A DNA stretch of 63,471 bases, counting the filler, from Folioceros fuciformis (taxonomy: Eukaryota): assembly GCA_049999805.1 (NCBI GenBank). It is 10 parts of 10 records of this genome, joined end to end, with 100 filler letters (N's around TTAATTAATTAA, not from the genome) between each part and the next. Parts side by side here need not be neighbours in the genome. Positions count along the whole stretch, not along the records: positions 48,348 to 53,373 come from JBNGIO010005140.1; positions 53,474 to 58,099 come from JBNGIO010005142.1; positions 58,200 to 62,233 come from JBNGIO010005145.1; 7 more parts are not named here. One strand, given 5' to 3'. Both the position numbers and the translations under genes were made by a program. Positions 48,248-61,100 of this stretch are shown here, in pieces. The notes beneath the pieces were generated by a model. The model worked only from the letters and a program-made list of their open reading frames with translations, searched no databases and was not told the DNA's origin. Each line of letters opens with the position of its first letter. Within the stretch, counting starts at the first letter, position 1.

Positions 48248-48803
48248 NNNNNNNNNNNNNNNNNNNNNNNNNNNNNNNNNNNNNNNNNNNNTTAATTAAT
48301 TAANNNNNNNNNNNNNNNNNNNNNNNNNNNNNNNNNNNNNNNNNNNNCACCCGTATCGATGGTGGGCACTTTATAATCCTACTTTCCTTGATTTATGATT
48401 TTTATGTATTTTCTAATATCTTCTAATATAAATCTGCTATCTATATATGCGGCATAGCATCGCGCCTTTCATGCACAACCATGCATATAGGTTGCATGCG
48501 CCATGACACATCACCTGCCACATGTCCACATACATCACATGTCATCCTTCATCTCCATATGCATGCATACATGGCACACATGCATATATGGCATACATGT
48601 CATGTGCAGGCCATCCATGGGCCATGTACATGACATCATCAAGCACTTCAGCATCAGGGCTTATGCCCGAGATGCTCCAGTCAGTATCTAGTCATTTCAG
48701 CATTCAGGGCTTATGCCCAGGATGCTCTAGTCAATATCCAGTCATAGAGTCTTAGGTGCTCTGTTTCCTATACAGCAACAACATGACATATGCCTTCCAC
48801 TGC

Positions 48804-49446
48804 TCAGCTCAACAAAGAAATGTTAACAACATGCACAGACCCTACAGAATCCACAATATGCACAGACCCTACAGAATCCACAACATGCAAGCCTGGAAAC
48901 TTACTGTAAGTACTGATCACGTGTCCGGGAACCAACCAGAAACTTTTTATCTTCACCCGATGCATGGTGGTCTTCTTCTCCCCGACTTTGACAGCATACC
49001 ACAAAGGGCTCCTTGGGAATTTGACTAAACCGAAGGTGACGATCTGGGTTTCCTCAGCTACATGAGACGGAACTGGAAAGCTCAAATGCTTACTGAGATT
49101 AGAATCAAATTCGCAAGATGGCAAATTCAGTATTCATAGGACTGGCAGAAGCAGACTGTTTTGGGATTTTCGGCTTCACGCTGCAGGCGCTGAGCGCTGA
49201 GGTCCCTCCCATGGAATTGTTCTTGTAGACTGACTCCTTCCCGTGATGCTGAGTGTCGTTGGCGGCGCCTCCTTCACCCTGAAGCAGCTTAGGTTTCTTG
49301 CCTGCCCGCTCTTTGTCTTTGCTAGAATCCCGCGAGGTCTTCTTTGTCTCGCAGGCAGCTGCTCCAGTGGCGGCGAATCGGCCTAGGGCATCCCGATTCT
49401 GGTATCGGCGCTTAGACAGGGAAGCATCATCAGCTGTGGAATCCAT
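48804..49446 (-). CDS. Antisense accessory gene in the 3' internal region of an LTR element, copy 1 (frameshifted near 49120)
   Basis: MDSTADDASLSKRRYQNRDALGRFAA plus LVKFPRSPLWY...VPGHVISTYSKF, homologous to 62535-63158. It lies upstream of the PPT-like TCAACAAGTGGGAGT at 49713-49727 (+). Confidence 0.55.
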
Positions 49447-50086
49447 GTTACAGACCGTCGCAAGCTCTTGCTCCACACAGCTTATGAAAATGAGGCTGAG
49501 CGAGTAAAGGAGAATTAAGAACGGGGCAAACCTGTATTCCGGCCCCCGCACAGTGTTGTTATAGCAGTCTTTCATGCCTTCAGTTTCCATAGAGCGCAAC
49601 GAGGATGAGGCGTAGTGCTCAATCCGTGAGTGGTGGCCCGTTGCTTGGAGGGGAGCTCAACGGGCACAGTCTCACAAGGCTCACGGCGGCTACGATTGTC
49701 CTTGAATCTTAATCAACAAGTGGGAGTAATGATATATAGTGCTAATATATGATTAAAGGGTTTATGCTTGATTTAAGATACGTTGAGTTATGGTTAAATA
49801 GTTTATGGTGTCGTTTCGTTACGGTTACGACTCCAAGTGAAGAGCTACAACGTTTCACATTTTTTAGTTTAATTTGTGCTATATTTTATAGACACTTACT
49901 TCTTCTTTTCTAAGAGAACCAATTATGTAAATGTTTTAATAAAATTAATTATTTTAATTGCATTTACTTATATTTCATTAGCGCCTCCTACGCCTCTCAA
50001 TGGCTTGAGTTGCCAGCCACCTTCACGCTCACGACCATAGCCTCAAACCCCCGCCATAGCCACCATGGGCGCCGACGCTCTCTCTG

Positions 50087-50349
50087 GCTCTGATACCATG
50101 TTGAAATAGCACCACTAGCTTAGATGGACTCCACAATACATTCCTTATGGTGCAAAGGATGCTACATATATAGCCTTCAGGCGGGGCAACCCTCGATAAG
50201 GTAAGCCTTAGTCTCGAGGGTGCAATATCTTGGTATATCCTGATAACACTTAGGTGGTAGATAACTACGAGTTCAATATGAGATAATCTACACTATTCTA
50301 AGTGTTGTATGCTCTTGATAACAATTCAGTTAGAGCTTGATTGCTAACA
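50087..50349 (-). mobile_element. LTR (~250 bp, 50099-50349) plus tRNA-iMet PBS of a truncated element
   Basis: TGTT...AACA termini; minus-strand TGGTATCAGAGC at 50087-50098 directly follows the CA end. Confidence 0.65.
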
Positions 50350-50950
50350 AAATAAGGCCAAGAGGACTTGTCGACGATATGTCAGCCCAAGAGTAGAGAG
50401 AGCAACCTACAGTATGGTGAGCAGGTGGTGGCAACTACTATGGAAGAAATTGATGTTTTTGAAGACCCCGAAGATGTTTGCCTACAAGGTGTGGTAGTTG
50501 TCTCAGATAGTGTTTCAGGCCAATGCCCTCTAGAGTCTCAATGTCCATAGTAGCTTAACATGTGTTGTTCAACCACCATAACTATAATGGGTGCACCCTA
50601 ATTGGGGAAGGGCGCCAACGTGTCGACGTCAACCCGATCGTTTTTTTGCTTAATCCTCAGTTCAAGTTTGAGGGTAATACATGTTGTCCGACCCTTTTCC
50701 ATTTTCATAGTTAGCAATGTAACCAATGAGAAACTCATGGGGGCACGGGGCGTGTCTGTTGGGATGCCCATGCCCCCTTTGCATTCTACACTCTCAATTG
50801 GTCCCCCGGACCATGTATTGTGTTAGGCACTGTAAACAAGTCATTAAACCATGTTTCGGCCCAGGGTGATAATAGTCATGAGGGATTAGGAAGCGGGGTT
50901 GTATATTCCGCCGCTTCAAAGATTATGTTGTTTGTCCTTGAAGAAGAAAA

Positions 50951-51226
50951 TCATTCATCAATAAAACAACGATGAAAAGTATGACCACACATAGTAAGCT
51001 TTCTTACTTCTTGTCCTCCCTCCAACATCCAAAGACATATACAACACTCCTCATCAACCTCCATAACCTTCTTATACAAGGTGAATGGAATATTTTCCTC
51101 CAATTTAACCATGTCTAGTTGCACTTGTTTCAATTTAGTTTTACGAACTTGTTGATCAAGTATTTCCCTCTGCCTATTAATTATCTTGGAGTATGACATG
51201 AATCTATCTTCAAATAGATACTTCAA
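50951..51226 (-). pseudogene. Degenerate RING-H2 zinc-finger gene fragment
   Basis: EECCICLWMLEGGQEVRKLTMCGHTFHRCFIDE* matches the RING-H2 consensus. The conserved W is TGA, and the last CxxC is not intact. Confidence 0.7.
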
Positions 51227-52069
51227 ACATGTTGTAAAATATCATAGAATATATATGAATTCTATGAGACACATAAATCTTGCTATTGTAGACAATCCAA
51301 ATAATGGATGGTCATCATAATGATCTAGGACGCGGTAGCTTACGCCCCAAGACATTGTAATATGGAATTCTTGTAAAAAATTTTATTTACCACAAAATAT
51401 CGTGAATTAAGAGGAGCCTCTCCAATCTAAGCAACTAAGAATTATAAACCTTTAATAATCATATTGTCAAGCATGTAGAGATGCTTGATCATGCAATAAA
51501 TATATAAATTATTTTGTTTATTATAATGGGCAAACTATGTGCCCAAACTAAATATAAATTCAAACCAAATTCTGGTTGATGCTGCTTATTTCATATGCCC
51601 TCTCTTTGTAAAGAGGGCTACTAGAGAATTTTGCCTTGTGGCAATTGGAGAGACTTGCCTTGTATCAAGTAGAGGGATGCTAGAACATGAAATTGATGTA
51701 TGTTCTATCTCAACATACTCACATACTCAAATTCATGTTCTTCATGCATAAGGTATAGTGTGTAAGCCACAAAGGAAGATTGCATAGGAAGACTTGGCAG
51801 TGTTAATAGGTCCGCTAGCATGGCACAAGGCCTAGTCCACTTTACAGTTGCAAAGGGATCCCAGCCATTGGTAGAGACCTTCGAAACAATATGCAACAAA
51901 GTGCCCTTAGCTCTCCTTGCTCAATCCTATCCCATGTATTACGTACTATTTGTTGGTATATAAGATTCCCCACAAAATATCAAGGGGAGACCAAATCACC
52001 CTCTACATTCATCTCAACTAGTCTCTTCAACAAGGTCCACTAAATATGGTATGGAAGACCCTTTGGATC

Positions 52070-52345
52070 CCTCCAAGGTGCAAGGCATCACCTAGCTCAT
52101 TCTCCAAGTTACCCTCCCTCCAAGGTGCAATGCATGGCCTACCTCATTCTTCAAGCTACCCTCCCTCCAGGCTACAAGGCATCGTCTCTAGGCTCATTCT
52201 CCAAGCCACCCTCCCTCCAAGCTGCAAGGCATCACCTCTAGGCTCATTCTCCAAGCCACCCTCCCTCCAAGCTGCAAGGCATCATCTCTAGGCTCATTCT
52301 TCAAGCTGTGAGGCATCGCCTCTAGGCTCATTCCCAAGCTGCCCT
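52070..52345. repeat. ~50-bp tandem repeat, ~5 copies
   Basis: The unit ctaggctcattctccaagccaccctccctccaagctgcaaggcatcacct is repeated. Confidence 0.85.
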
Positions 52346-52376
52346 TCCAACGTAGATAGGTGGGATTGTTTATTCG

Positions 52377-52504
52377 TTGCAATAGGCACACAAAAGTGTA
52401 TGTTGTGCTTGGCAAGATTTGCATACGAAATGTTTATTCATTGCAATAGGCACACAAAAGTGTATGTTGTGCTCGGCAAGATTTGCATACGAAATGTTTA
52501 TTCA
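52377..52504. repeat. 64-bp direct tandem duplication
   Basis: ttgcaataggcacacaaaagtgtatgttgtgct(t/c)ggcaagatttgcatacgaaatgtttattca occurs twice. Confidence 0.9.
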
Positions 52505-52517
52505 TCATAACATTTAT

Positions 52518-52540
52518 CTAAACCCTAAACCCTAAACCCT
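52518..52540. repeat. Short interstitial plant telomere-type repeat (CCCTAAA)~3
   Basis: ctaaaccctaaaccctaaaccct. Confidence 0.7.
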
Positions 52541-53373
52541 CATCAAGCAGCTGGAGAGGGCTGCAACCTTGCTGGAGTTTCTGAAGAAGAGACGATTCTG
52601 AAGAGTAGGGCTGCTGTGAAGGAGGCAGCCAGGCGATTAGGTAGAAATTTTTGCTTCATCCGCCTGCTGGTTCTTCTAGTTCTTGTGTATTCAGCTTGTC
52701 TAACCTGATTACCTGCCCACTTGCATGTGCTTGTGCAGAACCTGGACGCCAGGGAGTGAGGAGCATACATCATAAAATCTGGGAGCACGACTTCCACCCC
52801 CCCTCATACTCAGATTAGTGCACATCACTGATCAAAATAGGCAGAAAAATCATGTAGTCTTAGGCCTTCCATGTGTGTGAAATGCTTAGGTTTACGCAGT
52901 CCCTTGGTCAAGATATCTGCTGTATTCTCATCTGTCGGGATGTAATCAACCTTAACAATCCCTCGTTCCACAACATCTCATGTATAGTGGTGACGAATTT
53001 CAATGTGATTTGTTCGGACATGATATTTGGGCTTGGACACTAATTCCAGTGCACCTGTATTGTCACAGAGGATAAGGGTAGGCTGGAGCTGCTTCTCGTC
53101 AAGGTCAGCGAGGAAGGTTTTCTCCCACTCAGCTTCCTTAGAGGCCTCAGTCAGCGATTTGTATTTTGATTCAGTGCTGCTGAGGGATATGGAAGCTTGC
53201 TTTTTGCAGCTCCATGTTACAGCAGTATTGGCCAGCAAAAAACAATAGGTTGAAAGACTGCGACGAGAGTCGGAATCTGTGGCCGAATCTGCATCTATGA
53301 ACCCTGTAAAGGTAAGCCTGGAATTTCCACTTCGTTTGTACATAAGCCCATAACGATGTGTGCCCTTTAGGTA
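52541..53373 (-). mobile_element. Ty1/Copia 3' end: RNase H, PPT and 3' LTR
   Basis: FTGFIDADSATDSDSRRSLS...WSCKKQASISLSSTESKY...HIEIRHH, then the PPT TGAGGGGGGG at 52797-52806 followed by TG at 52796. Confidence 0.85.
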
Positions 53374-53473
53374 NNNNNNNNNNNNNNNNNNNNNNNNNNN
53401 NNNNNNNNNNNNNNNNNTTAATTAATTAANNNNNNNNNNNNNNNNNNNNNNNNNNNNNNNNNNNNNNNNNNNN

Positions 53474-56400
53474 AGCTATTTAGATAACATATATATCTTA
53501 GGTCTATACATGGTTTAAGTTAAATACCTCTTCATTAGGGTTACGACTCTTAGCGAAAAGACACATCCCAATTTTATTTTAACTTCTTTTCTCGATCATC
53601 AATTCATGTTTTTTTTAACAAAATCTGCATTATCCTTATAAAATTGTCATGGTATCAGAGCTGTGATGATGCAGGTTGCATTCTAGAGAATGCACATAAA
53701 ATTGTGCACCTTAGGATGCGCACAAACATGCGTTTTTGGTTGTTTTATGTTTAAGAATGTTTTCTTGAAATGAAACCAAAAACAAAATCAAGAACTTAAG
53801 TTTTCTGGTTGTTTCTTTATTTGCTTATTTACAATTTGTTAATTTGCAGATCTAGTAGCTGTATTCTAGTGCAATTCTATTCAGATTGTTTTTCAAAAAC
53901 AATTCTGATAGAACTACACTAGAACACCTGCTAGATAGTGCAAATTACTATGTAAATAGAGAAATAATAATGAACATAATGCATAAAATTAGCATTCTTA
54001 CAACCAAATTACAAGCCATCACAGATGGCACAGAACGAGGGCCAGATGTGGCAGCCTCGACCTGCTGAGCGCATCAACCTGCGCAGTCGATCTCTCAGGG
54101 GACCCTTAAATGACAGAAATGTTGCTGATCGCCTGCACCGGCAGACACAAGAGTGGACGTTGAGAAATCAGGACCGGCCTGCCCACTGCACTCGACTGCG
54201 GGAGGCTTACAATTTCTTGGTTTCTACCCTCTATCCTTACTACCAGCAACTGTTTGTTGATCCCCGTGAGCAGGCAGCAGAAGCCAATCATCTGGAGCCG
54301 CGCCTCAGACCCGCCCTGGACGTGCATGGAAACCCTAATGGTTTCCTAACAACTCAGCCTGCACCACCAGCCACAGTTTCACAGATCATTTCCAGAATAG
54401 AATTACATGCCCTGTTTGTTGACAGGCGCTACGTAAATCTGAACAAAAGCATTGCAGGCGTGAGTGTGGACTTACAGGATCTGAGGGAGCAACTTTACCA
54501 CTTGGATTACAAAATCCATGTTTTGCTGAAACCTGAGTTGCTCAAAACCCTGAATCTCGCACTTTTGCAACAAGATCAATTAAGTGCACTAGTGGAAATC
54601 AGCGTTTTGATGATCCTAACTCCTGTCCATCATGTGCAACCTACACATACAGTAGGTTCACAATTAGGAAGGAACAGATAGCAGAAAAGGAGGCACAACA
54701 ATCAGCTAGCTTACATGAGGTTATCAGACCTGTCAACATGCTAGCTGCCCTCCTGTAGATCTGTCCTTGGTAGTAGCCAGTAGCCTCATCACCTCTGTAT
54801 ACCTCCCGCAATGGGAGACACAGCTTCCTCATCAGTTGTTGGAGGAGGAGAAAGCTTTAAAGAAAAAGACAGATTCGACGGTCGTCAGTATGACATATGG
54901 GTAATGCGCATGAAAGGCGCACTCCAGAGCAGAAAACTCTGGAACACCACAACAGGGTCAGACTTGCCAGAAGAAGGAGAAACTTCACAGCAAAGGGAGG
55001 CACGACAACTCAGAAATGAGTTTGCCATGTACCTCATCAGGAGCGGCCTCACAGCAGATATGATGCGACAAACTGCTGGCTGTAAGACAGCAGAAGAGAT
55101 CTGGGGTCGTCTTGAAGAATTGTATGCTGGAAAGAACTCCGCAAATCAGCTGTCAGCCCTTAGCAACCTTCAGCAATGCAAGATGCGTGAAGGAGAATCT
55201 GTAGAAAAACATGTCATGACATTCAGAACATTAGTCTCAAAGCTAGAAAATGCTACTGGCGAGACAATTAAGGACGAGATGCTAACACTCTATTTGTTGC
55301 TCTCCTTACCCCCATCCTGGTCACACTTTGTGACATCCATTCATGCATCCCAGTTGCAGGTAGCCAAGCTAGCTAAGTCAGCTGGTCTTAAGGTACCAGA
55401 ATTAACATTCGCAGAGCTTGTTGGGTCCCTCCTAGAAGAGGAGGCGACCAGAGGAGGACTAGGCAGGCGTGCTGGCAAGCAGCAAGCGCTGTTTACATCC
55501 AACCGTGGGCGAGGTGGCGCAAGGCCATACTCCAGAGGCGGTGGATCTAGTTCGTCCCGAGGTGGTGGCTCGCAAGGAGGCCACTCAACACAGTCTGCGC
55601 AGAAGAAGAGTAAGAAACCAGGGGTGTGCAATTGGTGCAAAATCCCTGGACACTGGGAACGAGAATGCAGAAAAAAGCAAGCTGGCTTACCTCGCAAGGA
55701 GGGAAACGCTGAGACCAACATTGTGGTCAAGAAGCAGCCATCGCCATCAGCCCTTATGGTTGAGACAGGGCAGTATCTAAACTCTGTCCCTGCACCCACA
55801 TGTCTGTCAGCAAAAACAAGTGCTAAACAATTTACAGAGTGGTACTTAGACACAGGTGCCACTGCTCACATGTGTTTTGATAGAAACGCATTTCAGACTT
55901 ACAGGTCAGTAAAGGACCAGTTCGTCTATCTTGGTGATAATAGATCACTTGTCTCTCCAGGCATAGGAACAGTACAGCTGCCTGTGCCATCTGGAGTTAT
56001 CTTGTCACTCTTAGACGTGTATTATGTACCTGAGATGACACGAAATCTCATCTCCGTTAGGCGACTGAACATAGACAATAACAGTCACATACTTTTCACA
56101 CATACAGAGTGTAAGGTGATAGATGCTTTTAATCCTAGCAAGGTTTTAGCTTATGGGTCTTCAGAACATGACCTGTTTCGTCTTCACAGCTCCAGAGGTG
56201 CAGTTCAGTCCCATCTGACACATGAGGACTCCCAAGCCTCTACACAACAGATAGCCAAATCTAAGTTGTGGCATGCTAGATTAGGTCACCCACACAGCAG
56301 CAAGTTACAGAAGATAGCCGTAAGTGATCTCTATGCAGATGGCCCTATAGGCAAATTAGTGCCTTTACCTCTTTGTGAACCTTGTGTTCTTGCTAAGCAC

Positions 56401-58099
56401 CATCAAGCAGCTTTCAGAAATAAAGCTCCTCATAGGGCATCTGAAGTCTTGGAGTTGGTGCACACAGACTTATGTGGCCCCTTGTCAAAGCCTTCTCTCG
56501 GTGGTGGGAGATACTTCCTTACCTTTACAGACGACAAAACCCGTTTTGTTAGTGCCTATATCCTCAAGGCCAAGAGTGAATGCTTTTCACATTTCAAAGC
56601 TTACTTGAAGTTTGCAGAACGCTGGACAGGGAAGCAGCTGAAAACCCTGCGTTCAGATAACGGTGGGGAATTTACCTCACATGACTTTCAGACCTTCTGT
56701 ACAGATGAAGGAATTGCCAGGCAGCTTACAGTTGTTTACACACCTCAACAGAACGGGGTGGCTGAGCATATGAATCTTACTCTGCAGGAGATGACATCTT
56801 CCTTGTTGAATCATGCTCACCTCCCCCTGTCCTACTGGGCAGAAGCCCTTACAACCTCTGTCTACCTAAGGAATAGGTTGCCTACTAGTGCTGTTGAAGG
56901 GATGACTCCCTATGAAGCCTTCTATGGACACAAGCCCAAGATCCTGCATTTGAGGACTTTTGGTTGTGTTGCGTATGCCTTCGTCCCCAGGGAGAAGCGC
57001 AAGAAGCTGTTTAACAAAGCCCAGAAATTGCTGATGTTAGGTTACACTGAAGGCATCAAGGCATATAAGCTATATGATGTGCCAGCCAATCATGTCATCT
57101 ACTCCAGGAGCGTTACCTTTGATGAAAATCGTTTCTGGCCAGTGGGAGCTTCAGACAATTATGCTCTCGAGGATGACAGTTGGGAACATCTTGAACATGA
57201 TGTATCATACTTTGAGGATCTTCCTGAGGATGTTGCTCCTGCAGGTGGGGAACAAGAGGATCCACCAGCACCTGATTTTGAACCTGACATGGCACGCGTT
57301 ATACCAGTTTTTGGGGATGCTGTTGATCCAGTACAGCAGCCACATCCTCTCGATCCTTTACCTCTTGATGTGGACTCAAATGTGGAGGACGCAGTAGCTG
57401 AAGTTGAAGCTGGTGATGCTGACCAGGTAGCTCATGACAACTCGGCACCTCTGCAGCCAGCACTCCCTGCTGCTCAACCTGAACGACGCTACCCACAGCG
57501 TGAAAGACATCCTCCAGATTTTTATCAGTCACATGATTTTCGGACAGCACATGTCACCTCTGTATTGCTGGATCCTATAGAGCCATAGTCATATGAGGAG
57601 GCACTTAGTCGACCTGATGCTGCTGAATGGAAAAAGGCCATACAGTCAGAATATGACTCTTTGATTAAAAATGGAACTTGGGAGCTAGCCAAGTTACCTC
57701 CAGGCCGTAAAATGGTCTCATGTAAATGGATTTTCAAACTCAAAGTGAAAGCTGATCGTACCTTTGACAGGTATAAAGCTAGACTCGTAGCCCGAGGATT
57801 TTCACAAGTACCAGGACTAGATTACCTGGAAACCTTCGCTCCAGTTGTGAAGATGGCAACTTTTCGTATCCTCTGTGCTGTTGCAGCCCACAAAGACTAT
57901 GAGTTAGAAATGTTTGATGTTAAAACAGCATTCCTATATGGGAAATTAGACACAGAGATATATATGCAGCAGCCTCCAGGTTATGAAGTGAAAGGCAAGG
58001 AGGACCATGTCCTCAAGCTAATCAAAACTCTGTATGGGCTCAAGCAATCAGCTAAGGAATGGAACGCAGTCCTAGATGAGGAGCTGCGTGTTCTAGGTT
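53474..58099 (+). mobile_element. Ty1/Copia element C: partial 5' LTR, PBS, extra 5' ORF, gag-pol with one in-frame stop; truncated in RT
   Basis: The LTR ends in CA at 53649, followed by PBS TGGTATCAGAGC at 53650-53661. ORF 54811..57588 has Gag, CNWCKIPGHWEREC, WYLDTGATAH, WHARLGH, HTDLCGP and LRSDNGGEF. After TAG 57586-57588 the RT continues in the same frame (RYKARLVARGFSQ, FDVKTAFLYG, LYGLKQS). Confidence 0.94.
54025..54681 (+). CDS. Extra ORF upstream of Copia C gag (218 aa), unknown function
   Basis: ATG-initiated open ORF between PBS and gag. LREQLYHLDYKIHVLLKPEL aligns with FEDHLQQTDVKLFILLNPQL of element A. Confidence 0.6.
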   Translation: MAQNEGQMWQPRPAERINLRSRSLRGPLNDRNVADRLHRQTQEWTLRNQDRPAHCTRLREAYNFLVSTLYPYYQQLFVDPREQAAEANHLEPRLRPALDVHGNPNGFLTTQPAPPATVSQIISRIELHALFVDRRYVNLNKSIAGVSVDLQDLREQLYHLDYKIHVLLKPELLKTLNLALLQQDQLSALVEISVLMILTPVHHVQPTHTVGSQLGRNR

Positions 58100-58199
58100 N
58101 NNNNNNNNNNNNNNNNNNNNNNNNNNNNNNNNNNNNNNNNNNNTTAATTAATTAANNNNNNNNNNNNNNNNNNNNNNNNNNNNNNNNNNNNNNNNNNNN

Positions 58200-61100
58200 T
58201 CACGTTTCATTCTCCCCCACTTGCTGGGGCCGGGTCCTCCTGGCCATCTAGAATCTGCTCACGCAGACGGGGGAATTGTAGATAGAAATCCTCAGGTTCC
58301 CATGTTGCCCCTGAATCGGGCTCGCCCTCCCATGCAACCAGGAAGTCATGAATGTGTCGGTGCCGGAGGTGCCGGTCTCGACATTAGAGGATGCGGGTCG
58401 GTTGGTGGGGAATTGGTGATACCGTCGGGAGGGGTTCAGAGGGAAGACTGTGGCTGACCTCCGGAGAGGGAATGGGAGTCTGTGTCCTAGAATGGGTGAT
58501 TGAGGGTTGGCTGGTTACTAGCACAGACTCAGCTAGTGTCGGCAATGAGGGAAGTTCAGCACGGCGGTGGATCACTAGTTTCAACAGGGACACATGGAAT
58601 GTTCAGTAGAGGCGCCAGTCGGCGGGCAGTTCAAGCTGGTACGTGACCTTGTTGATGCGTTCAACACCCGGAAAGGACCTGCAAAGCGGTAGGTGAGTTT
58701 GCTGCGTTGCTGAATCATGTCAAGATACTTGTGGGGCTTGACTCGAAGCCAAACAAACTGGCCAACGGAGTAGTTGACATCGCGTCGGTGACGGTTTGCT
58801 GTGATGCAGGTCCGGCCTTGTGCTGCTTGGAGTTTTGTCGAGCCATCTTGGCCTCGTGCCAGATGTCCTCGGCGATTTCAACAGCGCTTCGCCACTTGTC
58901 TTGACTGTTGGGCCATAAGCCTGAAGGTGGGGGTGTCTCACCATACAGGAGTTTGAAGGGAGTAACCCCTGTGGCTGCGTGCTTCAAGGAATTGTACGCA
59001 TACTCCAATAAGGGAAGGAGTTCCTCCCACTTCGTCTGCTTCTCGTGTGTGAAATGACGAAGCATGTCTTCTAACACCTGATTCTGCTTCTCTGTCTGGC
59101 CGTCCGTCTGTGGGTGATAGGCTTCATGAAGACATGTTCTGTTTGATGCCTAGTGTGTCCATGAAGTTCCGCCAAAACCCGAAGGTGAATTTTGCGTCCT
59201 TGTCCGACACAATGTCCTCTGGTGTTTCGTGTAATCAGAAGATTTCACAGACAAAAAGGGTGGCCAGTTTGGGGGCAGTGATGGTCGAGGTGACTAGAAT
59301 GAAGTGGCAGACCTTGGAAAACCTATCTATCACCACCCAGATGCTGTCCTTACCAGAGCGGGTACGAGGTAAGTGTGTAATGAAGTCCATGGCTATTGAC
59401 CGGAAACGGCCACTGGGGATTTGGAGGGGTTGGAGTAGACCTGGGTATTTCTGATGGCTAGGTTTGTCTTGTTGGTAGGATTGACAGGAGCGCACCTACT
59501 CTATGCAATCGGAGCGCATGCCTTCCCAGTGGAAATGTTCCCGAACCTTGGCATAGGTTTTGTCAATACCCAAGTGCCCCGAGATTGGGGAATCATGCAG
59601 ATAATGGAGGATGGCCTGTTTGACAGCAGTGAGCTAGGAGGGGATGACCAACCGGCCCTTACGGTAAACACAAGCATCCTTGAGGGAATAGAGTTGGGTA
59701 AGTGTTGTGGGAATACTTGTTGCTACATCTGCTAAGAGATTTTGATACAGCTGCCACAACTCTAGGTCTTGAGGCAATCCATCCCGGACTAACTGCACCG
59801 TTTGGGACTGTGTGGTCATGAGTGTGCAGGCTCTCCTGCTCAAGGCATCTGCGACCACGTTAGAAGTCCCAGTGACATACTTGATCTCGAGGTCAAAATC
59901 CTCCAGGTATTCGGCCCACCTGCGTTGTCTGGAGTTGAGGTTGGGTTGTGAGAAGAAATGTTGCAAGGAGTGGTGGTCTGTGTGACACACCACCTTCTGG
60001 CCTAAGAGGTAAGGCCTCCACACCTTGAGAGCATGGGTGATCGCCAACATCTCTTTGTCATGTATAGCGTAATTCAACTGTGCCCCTTGCAACTTCCTGG
60101 ATTCGTAGACAATAGCTCGACCCTGTTGTGACAGTACTGCACCCATAGCAAAATCTGATGCGTTTATGTGCAGGGTGTATGGGGCATGGGGGTCTGCCAC
60201 CGCTAGCACGGGAGCCGACCTAAGGGCTTGCTTGAGCTGTTCAAATGCCTGGATGGCCACTGGCCCCAATTGTAAGGGTTTGGTGGTTGAGTGCCTGAGG
60301 GCATCCGTTAGGGGAACAGCTATCTTACTGAAACTTTGGATGGAGGGGCGGTAAAATCCGGCCATGCCCAGGAACCCACGTAGTTTGTGTGATATCCTGG
60401 GGTAGGGGCCAGTCCACCACGGCTTTGACCTTGCGGGGATCTACCCGGATACATGTTGCACTAATGATGTGGCCCAGGTATTCACAATCTTGCCTCATGA
60501 AGTCACACTTACTTCTTTTGGCCAACAACTTGTTTGCACGTAGCAGCTCAAGTACCTTTCTGACCAAGGTGTAATGTTTCTCTAGGTCAGGTGTGTATAT
60601 GAGGATGTCATCGAGGAAAATTCTACGCCGTGCCCCAACAATGGTTGTAAGATGTCTTGCATGAGACATTGGAATGTTGAAGGTTCGTTTGTCAAGCCAA
60701 ACGGCATGACCCTGAACTTGAAGTGGCCATGTCTTGTACGGAAGGCGGTTGTAGACTCATCCCCTTGCTTGATCCTGATCTGGTGGAAGCCGGATCTCAG
60801 ATCAATCTTGGTAAACCACTTTGCACCGTGAAGTTGGTCCAGGATCTCATCGATCCCCGACATCTGGTAGACATTTCTGACTATGGCCCGGTTGAGTCCT
60901 CGATAGTCAATGCATAGTCGCCAACCACCATCTGGTTTGCCAACAAGAAGGACTGGGGCTCCGAAGGGGGACACTGAAGGGAATACAAACCCTTTCTGTA
61001 GAAGTCCGCCTACTTCTTTTTTTATTTCCTCGTTTTCAGTGGCTGACGTACAGTATTGCTGGATACTGATGGGTTTATGGCCTGGCAGGAGCTCTATGGC

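Noticed and set aside
26124-57588. In-frame TAG/TAA stops as U-to-C RNA editing sites
   Set aside because: Such editing is known for organellar transcripts. These are nuclear TE sequences that also contain frameshifts, so methyl-C deamination is the simpler explanation.
58221-58600. A chromodomain after the Gypsy integrase
   Set aside because: The sequence after FHVSLLK is P/S/T-rich with no recognisable chromodomain motif.
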